Below are positions 19,776 through 28,031 of a stretch of DNA of 34,878 nucleotides, piece by piece. Location of the stretch: positions 1 to 34,878 of the forward strand of contig JBBSJT010000009.1 of the NCBI GenBank assembly GCA_038257035.1. Direction: 5' to 3'. This DNA is from Chlamydiia bacterium. Lineage in GTDB: Bacteria; Chlamydiota; Chlamydiia; Chlamydiales; Parachlamydiaceae. Made by a program: the position numbers and the translations under genes. The notes below the pieces were generated by a model. The model did no database searches. It had not been told where the DNA came from and worked only from the letters and a program-made list of their open reading frames with translations. Every line of letters starts with the position of its first letter. Within the stretch, counting starts at the first letter, position 1.

Positions 19776-19811
19776 AAGATAGGTCACAGTTAAATGTGCC
19801 TATCTTTTTTT
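19776..19811 (+). terminator. Rho-independent terminator
   Basis: aagatagg-t-caca...tgtg-cctatctt followed by a T run. Confidence 0.65.
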
Positions 19812-19890
19812 ATCTAAAAAAACTTCTAAAGAACTTCCAAAATTGAGGGTCATTATTTGAAAATTTCATTCCTCGTAAGGGTTAAACTTG

Positions 19891-20030
19891 CTTTTCCATA
19901 AAAGTGCATGAAAATGGTCAATTAATGGCTGAAAAGTATGTTTGATCATTTTAATTTTCGGTTTAAATTTTTTGCAAAAAAAAGGCACTTATAGATTGCT
20001 CTTTAAGTGCCTGGTCCAAGTCTCTGGTTA
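19891..20030. repeat. ~140-bp diverged direct repeat of 22843-22985 (tRNA-Asn 3' flank, terminator and start of the downstream gene)
   Basis: Shared tgaaaatggtcaatta..gaaaagtatgt.tgatcatttt..ttttttgcaaaaaaaaggcacttatagattgctct.taagtgcc..caagtctc. Confidence 0.88.
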
Positions 20031-20299
20031 AGGGGCACACTTTAAACTTCCAACTCTCTCAAAATTAAGAGCTTAAAATATACATGTTGAGTCCATATTT
20101 TTACAACCTTACAAAAGCTTTCAAAAGGATAACAGTTTTGTCGTCTCTTTGCCGGAAAAATAACTTTTAAAACAGGATAAAGAAATTCCTATAACATTCG
20201 GTTTGTTTCGGCAATTTACTGATTGTTTCTGATCTCTTAAGTTTGTTTTTGAAAAAATTACCATGAAATTTAAATCCACAATCTTAAGATTAAAAGAAA

Positions 20300-20863
20300 T
20301 CAGTAGAACACAATAGGTGCTTCACTAATGACAGAAATTTCTTCAACTATTAGATCATCGTTATCTTCGAAAGCGTTAAGAGTAACAGGATCTGCTTTTA
20401 CAAAAATCTGAGTAAAGTAATACCCACCATTGATACTTACTGCAACACCAACGCCTGCTAAATTATAATCTCCCACGATATTGGCATAATGTCCAGGACT
20501 TTGCAGCCAACCTTGAACGGCAGTCTGAGCGGGATTAGCATAGCCGCTATTGAACGCCACATTTTCTCCAAATGCCGTAGCAGATGGAATTGTATTTATA
20601 ATTCGCTGAAAACGTGAATAAGCTCCATCGTGCCCAAAAGGAACAGCACCGCTTGCCATATCTAAGCTATGTTTGCGAGCTAAGTGAGCGGGCGTTGAGG
20701 ACCAACTTAAAGGTTTTAATAAGCGCAAAGCTCTTTCTTTGTTAATCAGCTTAAATGTTTCTGATTCAATTAAAGGTCTTGCCGCCTCAGATATAGCTCC
20801 TTGAGCCTGAATGTTAAGAAAACAAAAACATCCCAAACACATTAATTTAAACAATTTAATCAT
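20300..20863 (-). CDS. Secreted CAP/SCP (YkwD-like) domain protein
   Basis: Signal peptide; INKER, ARKHSLDMA, FGH, GENVA, WLQSPGHYANI and YYFTQIF motifs. Confidence 0.88.
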   Translation of the reverse strand: MIKLFKLMCLGCFCFLNIQAQGAISEAARPLIESETFKLINKERALRLLKPLSWSSTPAHLARKHSLDMASGAVPFGHDGAYSRFQRIINTIPSATAFGENVAFNSGYANPAQTAVQGWLQSPGHYANIVGDYNLAGVGVAVSINGGYYFTQIFVKADPVTLNAFEDNDDLIVEEISVISEAPIVFY

Positions 20864-21668
20864 TTTAACCCCTTTGTAAAAAAATTATCTCGATATAGGG
20901 TTTTTATAGAATATTGTAGTATTATTTTGGAGAAAAAAATGACCCTTGTGAAGAAAAAAAATATTTAGCTAATTAATGTTATGGGTAATGCCCTGAGGGT
21001 TAAAGTTTTTATAATTTGAAAGCTTTTGAGATGGAGACAGACAACTAGATTCGATACTCTTTACGTACACGATAAAGGTGTTCCGTAACCCCCCTTCAGT
21101 GATAAAATCTGCCAGGGTTTTAAAAGGTGAAAGCTGTAACAGAATTACAGCACTCTAAATTTTTATTTAAGAAACATTTGTGGGAGATTTAAGCTTTGGT
21201 ACATCTTAAGGGGGCTTTTTGGATTGCTCTATTGCTAATCAAAAGAGTGCTCTGTTATAAAAGCGACTAAAGCTTTTTCATCTTTCCAATTAGCTACTTC
21301 TTTTACTGAAAACGTTTGGCCAATGTCATAAGTAGTTAATTGAACCACGCGAACATTTTCAAGCTTTGAGAGTGTGGAGTCTTTTAGAGAAAAGTGTGCG
21401 CCATCTAAAAGATAAAAAATAACGTTTTGAATTTTTAGATCAGTTGATTTTAGCTTCAAACTTTCAAGAGCTACAATTTCGAGTGGATCATTTTCACTTC
21501 CAATAAGATTAATGTCAGGCGATTCCAATTCAATACTTCTTCCTGCCATTAAGCCTCCAGCAAGACCTTTAAAGTGGATGCACTCTTCAACATGCCATTT
21601 GATCGCTGATGCACAAACTATAAAAGCTCCGGTAAGGTCTACCTTCTTCCCAATTGTTAACTCATCCG

Positions 21669-22798
21669 ACGGATTCAATTCTGAAGTGCAATTTTTTTTT
21701 ATCAAATATTTGCTAATTTTTTAAATGCCTCTAAAGGTGTTAAATAGTTTAACACCTTTCTAGGTCGATTGTTAAGTAAATCTTCAATTTCATTGATCTT
21801 TTCTTGGCTAAAGTCGGTAATTTGAGTATTTTTTGGGATGTACTGCCGAATTAATCCATTAGTATGCTCATTAAGCCCTCTTTCCCAAGCATGATATGGT
21901 TTAGCAAAATAAAAATCAGCTTCTAGTTGTTTTGATACTTCTTCATGCTTTGCAAACTCACCACCATTATCAGCAGTAATCGTCAGTACATACTCCTTGA
22001 TTTCCAATAGTTTGCATATTAGTGCGTTAGCAACATTCTCAGATGTTTTTCTTGGAACAAAAAACATTTTTGTTAACTTAGAAGCTCGATCTACCATTGT
22101 GACAACAGCTCCAACATGCCCTTTTCCAAAAATTGTATCTATTTCCCAATCTCCTAATCTTTCTTTAAGCTCAACTATTTTAGGACGATCTTCAATGTCT
22201 ACACGATTTGGAATAGCTCTATGTTTATATCTAGAGCCTTTTTTTTGATATTTCTTACCAGCCCGCCTTAAGTTTTTATAAAGCACTCCACCTTTACGCT
22301 TATCTTTATAAATCATTTTGTATATTGTTTCATGGCTTAATATAATTATATTGTTAAGTTTTAACCATCCCGATATTTGATCTGGACTCCATTGCAAATG
22401 AATCTTTTGTTTAATAATATTTTTAGTTTCTTCTGTCATTTTGCTTGGTCGGCAGCTTGCTTCTCTTCTTTTTCTTAAGGCCTTTCTTTGAGCATCTTCG
22501 AATATATAGATTACTTGATTTGTCTCTCTTTTTTTTGCGCTGTTTCTTTTTATTTCACGGCAAATTGTGGATGGATGTACACCTAGAATTTTTGCTATCT
22601 TGGCTTTAGAATCACCTCTTTTCAATAAAATATATATCTGGCATCTTTGGTCTCTGGTCAAATGATGGTAGCTTTTGGGCATAGTGGTTCCTTATAAGGT
22701 TCTTTTGGTTAATTACCTTATAGAGACAACGCCATCATTTGGCTATTTTTTTTAAAGAATTATTATGTGATTTAATTGCACTTCACGGTTGAATTGGC
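21669..22798 (-). mobile_element. IS30-family insertion sequence (~1.13 kb)
   Basis: Imperfect 25-bp terminal inverted repeats acggattcaattctgaagtgcaatt (21669-21693) and aattgcacttcacggttgaattggc (22774-22798) flank the transposase. Ends are uncertain by about 2 bp. Confidence 0.88.
21702..22682 (-). CDS. IS30-family DDE transposase
   Basis: HTH (YHHLT...STICREIKRN), WSPDQI, SHETIY, GDWEIDT, TADNGGEF, WERGLNEHTNGLIRQY and LNNRPRKVL motifs. Confidence 0.95.
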   Translation of the reverse strand: MPKSYHHLTRDQRCQIYILLKRGDSKAKIAKILGVHPSTICREIKRNSAKKRETNQVIYIFEDAQRKALRKRREASCRPSKMTEETKNIIKQKIHLQWSPDQISGWLKLNNIIILSHETIYKMIYKDKRKGGVLYKNLRRAGKKYQKKGSRYKHRAIPNRVDIEDRPKIVELKERLGDWEIDTIFGKGHVGAVVTMVDRASKLTKMFFVPRKTSENVANALICKLLEIKEYVLTITADNGGEFAKHEEVSKQLEADFYFAKPYHAWERGLNEHTNGLIRQYIPKNTQITDFSQEKINEIEDLLNNRPRKVLNYLTPLEAFKKLANI

Positions 22799-22926
22799 AT
22801 CCATGTTGCGAGCATGAATACCCGCACGTGTGTAGCCGTCGTCTTTTTCTATAAAAGTGGTATGAAAATGGTCAATTATAGGATGAAAAGTATGTGTGAT
22901 CATTTTATTTTCGCTTTAGATTTTTT

Positions 22927-22964
22927 GCAAAAAAAAGGCACTTATAGATTGCTCTATAAGTGCC
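22927..22964 (-). terminator. Terminator downstream of tRNA-Asn
   Basis: ggcacttatag-attgct-ctataagtgcc stem with an A8 run on its left, which is a U run on the minus strand. Confidence 0.8.
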
Positions 22965-22976
22965 ACTTGGTCAAGT

Positions 22977-23048
22977 CTCCGGGTGATGGATTCGAACCAT
23001 CGACCAATAGATTAACAGTCTACTGCTCTACCGCTGAGCTAACCCGGA
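22977..23048 (-). tRNA. tRNA-Asn (GTT)
   Basis: TCCGGGTTAGCTCAGCGGTAGAGCAGTAGACT-GTT-AATCTATTGGTCGATGGTTCGAATCCATCACCCGGAG folds as a cloverleaf; CCA is not encoded. Confidence 0.96.
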
Positions 23049-23065
23049 ATGTTGAAAGCGTTATT

Positions 23066-23932
23066 CTACATGAAAGCCGAATTAATTTGCAAAACTTTTT
23101 TGTTTTCGTACCAATTTTTTTTATTTCTGTTCAAAAAAGAGGCTTCAGAATTGAATGTAAAGTGTTGATTTACAGGGTGATTAGAATAACCTGTACAAAA
23201 GAACGCAGAGCCTGATCCACTCATCAAAACAGTGTCAAAACCCATGGAAATGAGGTTGTTTTTTTCGATTTTAAGTGCTGGAAGAAGGCGAAAAGATGCA
23301 TGTTCAAGATCGTTATAATAATCAGGCGAGTTTGTTAGGAATGAGTTTAAGGTGGTGCGTGGGTCTTTTCTTGAAAAATCGCTTAAGTTAAGGTTTTGAA
23401 AGACTAAAGGTGTTGAGAGCCCTGCATCCGATTTCACGATTGTAAGGTGGGTTTCAGGTAGGGGAGGGAGCTCCTCGATGATTTCCCCACGGCCTGTGCA
23501 GTAGGCTGTGCCTGATGAAAAGAAAAAAGCAACATCAGAGCCTATTGTAGAGCCTAAAGCGATTAGATCTTTGATGGAGAGTGGTTGATTGAAAAGCTCG
23601 TTTAAAGCAAAAAGGGTTGTTGCTGCATTGCTGCTACCGCCACCAAGGCCTGCTTTATTTGGAATTCGCTTTACAAGGTCGATTTCGATATGAAATTTTG
23701 AATTTGTTTTTTTTCGGAAGAGGTTGACAGCTTTTAGGATAAGGTTTGAGCTGTCCAAAGGTATGGAAGGGTCGTTGCAGGTCAGGTTATCGCGCTCGCT
23801 AAACTGAAAAGTGAGTGTGTCGTGTAAGCTAATCGTTTGAAAAAGAGAAGCTAATTCGTGGTAGCCATCTGCACGTTTGTAGAGCAGTTGTAAAAAGAGA
23901 TTGATTTTAGCAGGGGAGATGAGTGTTAGCAT
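23066..23932 (-). CDS. ispE: 4-diphosphocytidyl-2-C-methyl-D-erythritol kinase
   Basis: SPAKINLFL, KRIP..AGLGGGSSNAA, GSDV, NDLE and MSGSGS motifs. The true start is the ATG at 23932. Confidence 0.93.
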   Translation of the reverse strand: MLTLISPAKINLFLQLLYKRADGYHELASLFQTISLHDTLTFQFSERDNLTCNDPSIPLDSSNLILKAVNLFRKKTNSKFHIEIDLVKRIPNKAGLGGGSSNAATTLFALNELFNQPLSIKDLIALGSTIGSDVAFFFSSGTAYCTGRGEIIEELPPLPETHLTIVKSDAGLSTPLVFQNLNLSDFSRKDPRTTLNSFLTNSPDYYNDLEHASFRLLPALKIEKNNLISMGFDTVLMSGSGSAFFCTGYSNHPVNQHFTFNSEASFLNRNKKNWYENKKVLQINSAFM

Positions 23933-24010
23933 GGGGGTGGGGCTTATGCTTGAATGTATTTTGAGGTGATCATGACAAGTCAGTTTACTTAAGACTGACT
24001 TATCTCGAAC

Positions 24011-24051
24011 TTTTTTTAATTCTGAATTAAAAAAATTCAGAATTAAAAAAA
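24011..24051. repeat. Perfect 18-bp AT-rich inverted repeat
   Basis: tttttttaattctgaatt-N5-aattcagaattaaaaaaa. Confidence 0.75.
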
Positions 24052-24074
24052 CAAATCGACGAGTCGATTTGAGC

Positions 24075-24105
24075 AAAGAGCGGAGACAAGTCTCCGCACT
24101 CCAAA
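24075..24105 (-). terminator. Hairpin after rplI (terminator or REP-like)
   Basis: gag-cggagac-aa-gtctccg-cactc; on the minus strand it is followed by ttt. Confidence 0.6.
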
Positions 24106-24125
24106 TTAGCGAATTTTCTTAAAAA

Positions 24126-24629
24126 TTATTCTGCTGCAGGTTGTTCTGTAGCTGGAACTTCTTCTTCAGGAACTGTACCTTCGGCAAGAATTCTAACGTT
24201 AATCGAAGCTTTTACGCCTTCTTTAAGTTTGATTTCAACCGGGTGTGTGCCTGTTGCTTTAAGGTGATGCTTCATGTTAATAGAGCGTTTTTCAAGATCG
24301 ATGTTTAGTTGTTCTTTGATTAATTGAACAACATCTTGGCTTGCAACAGATCCATACATGTGGCCATCGTGGTCAACTTTAACAAAAGTTGTAACCATTT
24401 TGCCTTCAAAGTTTTTAGCCAAAGCCTCAGATTCTTTGTGGTCAACAGCAGCTTGTGCTGCGCGTTCAGCTTCTAGACGCTCTCTCATACGAAGAGTGTT
24501 CTTGTCAGCAATCATCGCAAATTTTTTCGGAAGCAAGAAATTGCGCGCATAACCTTCACGAACGCTAACAATATTGCCTTTACGACCAAGAGATTCAACG
24601 TCTTGTATTAATAGTAGTTTCATTGACAT
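24126..24629 (-). CDS. rplI: 50S ribosomal protein L9
   Basis: LGRKGNIVSVREGYARNFLLP and MYGSV motifs. Confidence 0.96.
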   Translation of the reverse strand: MSMKLLLIQDVESLGRKGNIVSVREGYARNFLLPKKFAMIADKNTLRMRERLEAERAAQAAVDHKESEALAKNFEGKMVTTFVKVDHDGHMYGSVASQDVVQLIKEQLNIDLEKRSINMKHHLKATGTHPVEIKLKEGVKASINVRILAEGTVPEEEVPATEQPAAE

Positions 24630-24647
24630 AATTTATTTCTCCTAATC

Positions 24648-24914
24648 CTATGCTTCTGATACAAACGGTAATAAGGCAATATAGCGTGCGCGTTTGATCG
24701 CAGCTACAAGGTGCTTTTGATGGTAGGCAGAAACACCAGTAATACGTCTTGGCAAGATCTTACCTTTATCAGTGATGAATTTGTATAAAGTATCAACGTC
24801 TTTATAGTCGATTTCTTTAACTCCGGCAGCTGTAAATGGGCATTGCTTGCGTTTTCTTGAACGAGGATCTTGAGCCTCTCTTAATTTTGGTCTCATGGGT
24901 CTATTAAATGACAT
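24648..24914 (-). CDS. rpsR: 30S ribosomal protein S18
   Basis: [35 protein letters not shown] at 24914 follows RBS aagggga. Confidence 0.96.
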   Translation of the reverse strand: MSFNRPMRPKLREAQDPRSRKRKQCPFTAAGVKEIDYKDVDTLYKFITDKGKILPRRITGVSAYHQKHLVAAIKRARYIALLPFVSEA

Positions 24915-24927
24915 ATGATGATCCCCC

Positions 24928-25272
24928 TTATTGTTGCTCTTCAATTAATTTAAATTCGATTTTATCCATGACTTTATCAGCACGGGTAGTCATAAAGCGT
25001 ACAAGATCTTCATTTAAATGATATTCTTGCCATAGCTCATTGATTGCGCTTGGGTTCACATCAAAATAGACAATGAAATAATAGCCTTCTCTGTGTCCAC
25101 CGATATCGTAGGCAAGTCTTTTTCTGCCTTGTTCGTGAATTTTATGAATCTCACCATCGCGGCTTGTGATTCCTTTTTGAATTTTATCCAAAGCCTTATG
25201 GCGGGCTTCATCGCTTAGCGTAGCGCTTAGGATGTACATTCCTTCATAAAGATTTTTATTCTTTAGATTCAT
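24928..25272 (-). CDS. rpsF: 30S ribosomal protein S6
   Basis: [16 protein letters not shown] and EGYY motifs; lies directly upstream of rpsR. Confidence 0.95.
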   Translation of the reverse strand: MNLKNKNLYEGMYILSATLSDEARHKALDKIQKGITSRDGEIHKIHEQGRKRLAYDIGGHREGYYFIVYFDVNPSAINELWQEYHLNEDLVRFMTTRADKVMDKIEFKLIEEQQ

Positions 25273-25846
25273 TTTTGTTCTCCAAATGTGTTAAATCGTG
25301 AGCCATCTCGTTTTCCAAGATAGCAATTCCTTTTTGAACGAATTTAGCTAGCAGTTCAAGCTCTTCATGTGAGAAGTTCTCAAGGACATAATCGGCTAAG
25401 GTCCGATCATTAAGTCCACAGCCGACTCCCATGCGAAGCCTCTTGTACATGCTTGTACCAAGGTTAGCTTCAATGCTTTTTAGGCCATTATGTCCGCCCG
25501 AACTTCCCGCTTTTCGCAATCTTAATTGACCAAATGGCAAATTAATGTCATCGCTGACAACGAAAACGTTGTCTTCGGCTAGCTTATAAAAGTTTAAGTA
25601 GCGTTTAACTGCCGACCCACTTTCGTTCATGTACGTTGTTGGCAAAAGGAGGTGGACTTTACGCCCGAACAAATCACCTTTTGCTACTTTCGCATTAAAT
25701 TCTTTTTCGTCTTTGAAGCTCCATCCATGCATGGCGGCTAATCCTTGAATTACAAGATACCCGAGGTTGTGACGGGTAAGCTCATACTTCTTTCCGGGAT
25801 TTCCAAGACCAACAATCACAATAGCTGATGAAGCATTCATATTCAT
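25256..25846 (-). CDS. pth: Peptidyl-tRNA hydrolase
   Basis: IVGLGNPG..Y..TRHNLG, PTTYMNESG and GGHNGLKSI motifs. Confidence 0.96.
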   Translation of the reverse strand: MNMNASSAIVIVGLGNPGKKYELTRHNLGYLVIQGLAAMHGWSFKDEKEFNAKVAKGDLFGRKVHLLLPTTYMNESGSAVKRYLNFYKLAEDNVFVVSDDINLPFGQLRLRKAGSSGGHNGLKSIEANLGTSMYKRLRMGVGCGLNDRTLADYVLENFSHEELELLAKFVQKGIAILENEMAHDLTHLENKNESKE

Positions 25847-25849
25847 TTA

Positions 25850-26410
25850 TTAGCGTTTGACGATTACGACTGCAACTTCATTCAAGTTTGCAAGTGGTTT
25901 CATCGTTTGCGGTATATCAAGGTCTGACAAACGCTTAGTGTCATAAAGGGCCATCGCTCTAACATCAAGAAAAAAGGCATCAGGAATGTCTTTTGGAAGA
26001 CAGTTGACACGAATTGTTCTGATAGGCTGTCTGACTGCACCACCAAGTTTTACACCAACGCAATCTACAACACCTGTGCACTCGATAGGTACTTTAACAT
26101 TTAAAGATTCATTTTCATGAAGTTCTTCAAAGTCTAAGTGAATCGGCTTGTAATTAATGATGTTATATTGCACTTCTTTTAAGATTGCTTTTCTTGTTGC
26201 ACCATCTTCATTCGTAAGAGTAAAAACTCTTGTTGAAAGACGGCCGGGTTCAACGGTTCTTAAGAGGGCTGCATATTCCGATTCGCTGACTGAAATATTT
26301 TCAGCAGTTTGGCCTCGGCGGTAAATCACTGCAGGAATAAATCCTTCACGACGAAGTCTGTTTACTTCGCGTTTTTTTTCAGCAGGTCTTTTTTGGGTTT
26401 GTAACTTCAT
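25850..26410 (-). CDS. rplY: 50S ribosomal protein L25 / Ctc
   Basis: RLRREGFIPAVIY, HLDF and GVKLGG motifs. RBS ggagga before the ATG at 26410. Confidence 0.95.
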   Translation of the reverse strand: MKLQTQKRPAEKKREVNRLRREGFIPAVIYRRGQTAENISVSESEYAALLRTVEPGRLSTRVFTLTNEDGATRKAILKEVQYNIINYKPIHLDFEELHENESLNVKVPIECTGVVDCVGVKLGGAVRQPIRTIRVNCLPKDIPDAFFLDVRAMALYDTKRLSDLDIPQTMKPLANLNEVAVVIVKR

Positions 26411-26516
26411 GGAATCCTCCAGTAAAAACATAATACAAAAGTATAGATGATAAGTTAAAAATAATAAAGGACTTTTTTCCTTCGAATTAAATAACTTACG
26501 TCTTAAATAACTTGCG

Positions 26517-27476
26517 TCATTCGTAAAGGGATAAGATAGATTCTTGCGAGAGAATGCATTGAATTGCTTTAGCCAGGAGAGGGGCAACTGAGACGACATG
26601 GATTTTGGTTGAATTTTTCAAATCTTCCGGAGGACAAATCGTATTTGTTACTAATAATGCCGAAATCGGGCTATTTTCGATTTTTTCAATCGAGTCACCA
26701 ATGAATAAACCATGGGTGATAACAGCTTTGATTGATTTGGCACCCTTCTCTTGGCATGCTTTCGCTGCTGATAATAATGTTGCACCAGTAGTGCACATAT
26801 CATCAGCGAGAAGAATATCTTTACCGTTTACATCCCCAATGAGGGCATTTACTTCGGTTTCTTTAAAGCTCACACGATGTTTACTTATGACAGCAACATC
26901 AGCTTCAAGAGCCTTAGCGTAATTTTGAACAAGTTTTGTGCTACCGATATCGGGGGCTACAACAATTGTTATCCGTTCATTGCTTTTTGTCGATTTCTTT
27001 AAAGCTTCCACTAAAGGTGGTCTGCCCGAAAGATGATCGAGGGGAATATCAAAAAAACCTTCTAGCTGTCCGGTATGCAAATCGACGGTTAATACGTGTG
27101 AAACGCCTGCAGTTTCAATCATGTTGGCGATGAGCCTTGCTGTAATCGGGACTCTGGGTTGATCTTTGCGGTCTTGCCGGCAATAGCCAAAGTAGGGGAT
27201 CACAGCAGTGATGCTTTTCACGGATGCACGTTTTAATGCGTCAACTAAGACAAGAAATTCGATTAAATATTTGTCGGGATCTAAAGCAATGCTTTGAAGA
27301 ACGAAAACGTCTTTTCCTCTTACGCTTTCTAAAACAACAACTGAAACTTCACCATCAGGAAAACGCTGGATGTCAACGCGACCTAAATTAACGTTAAGTA
27401 ATTTGCTGATTTCATTTGCTAAGTTAGGATGAGAAGTTCCTGCAAATATAAGCGGACTTTGTCTATCGATATGCAT
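26517..27476 (-). CDS. prs: Ribose-phosphate pyrophosphokinase
   Basis: FPDGE, VIPYFGYCRQDRK, VDLH, VAPDIG and DDMCTTGATL motifs. Confidence 0.95.
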   Translation of the reverse strand: MHIDRQSPLIFAGTSHPNLANEISKLLNVNLGRVDIQRFPDGEVSVVVLESVRGKDVFVLQSIALDPDKYLIEFLVLVDALKRASVKSITAVIPYFGYCRQDRKDQPRVPITARLIANMIETAGVSHVLTVDLHTGQLEGFFDIPLDHLSGRPPLVEALKKSTKSNERITIVVAPDIGSTKLVQNYAKALEADVAVISKHRVSFKETEVNALIGDVNGKDILLADDMCTTGATLLSAAKACQEKGAKSIKAVITHGLFIGDSIEKIENSPISALLVTNTICPPEDLKNSTKIHVVSVAPLLAKAIQCILSQESILSLYE

Positions 27477-27504
27477 CGTTACCAACGGTCAGCTAAATTA
27501 TAAA

Positions 27505-27576
27505 TTGGGGTGGAAGGATTCGAACCTCCGCATGGCGGTACCAAAAACCGCTGCCTTACCGCTTGGCGACACCCCA
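27505..27576 (-). tRNA. tRNA-Gln (TTG)
   Basis: TGGGGTGTCGCCAAGCGGTAAGGCAGCGGTTT-TTG-GTACCGCCATGCGGAGGTTCGAATCCTTCCACCCCAA; usual position upstream of prs. Confidence 0.95.
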
Positions 27577-27736
27577 GTAAACGCTTTCAAGTACGAAATC
27601 TTAGGGAATTATTTATTTTTTCGCAAGCAAAAAGAAAAATTTTTTACGAGAGAGATGCAAGTGATTGATTTTTAGTTAATAGGAGTGACAAAAATGGAAG
27701 GAATTTTAGAGGGGAAAATGGACTAAAAGGATGAAG

Positions 27737-27916
27737 AAGGGATTTTAAAGGACTAAAAGGACATTAGGGACAAAAAGGACTAAAAGGACGATTTTACCCT
27801 TTCTGTTATATTCTTAAGGCAAAAGTTAGTTTATCTTGAAGATATTGTCAAAGCGGTGGACACGTCCTTTTAGTCCTTTTAGTCCCTTATGTCCTTTTTG
27901 TCCTTTAAAATCCCTT
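27737..27916. repeat. Long inverted repeat with 54-bp arms built from ~9-nt tandem units (GGACTAAAA)
   Basis: 27737-27790 matches the reverse complement of 27863-27916 with 3 mismatches; 72-nt spacer. Confidence 0.9.
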
Positions 27917-28031
27917 TATTTAGTTCTATGTCCTTTTAGTTTGTTTTATTCCAGTGGTTTGTTTAATTTGTTTGTTAGTTATTGATAATTTGATATAATA
28001 GAGTTAAGCGCAAATAAACAAGAGGTTTGTT

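Larger units (their letters stand above)
21235..22903 (-). pseudogene. Hypothetical gene interrupted by IS30 (5' part 22903-22799, 3' part 21667-21235)
   Basis: Removing the IS and one copy of the flanking repeat gives one frame: MITHTFHPIIDHFHTTFIEKDDGYTRAGIHARNMD-ELTIGKKVDLTGAFIVC... Confidence 0.75.

Noticed and set aside
21669..21705. N-terminus MIKKNCTSELNPS of the 156-aa ORF as the native start
   Set aside because: It is encoded by the IS30 terminal repeat; the native start is at 22903.
22814..23215. 133-aa plus-strand ORF
   Set aside because: It runs antisense across tRNA-Asn and the ispE end, so it is a shadow ORF.
23933..24076. N-terminal extension of IspE in the ORF track (likewise RplY 26411-26599 and KatE 17478-17525)
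   Set aside because: These are longest-ORF artefacts from TTG starts. Family homology, and for rplY and katE a clear RBS, point to downstream ATGs.
27715..27940. Possible CRISPR array
   Set aside because: Units are ~9 nt, contiguous and inverted, with no unique spacers and no cas genes.
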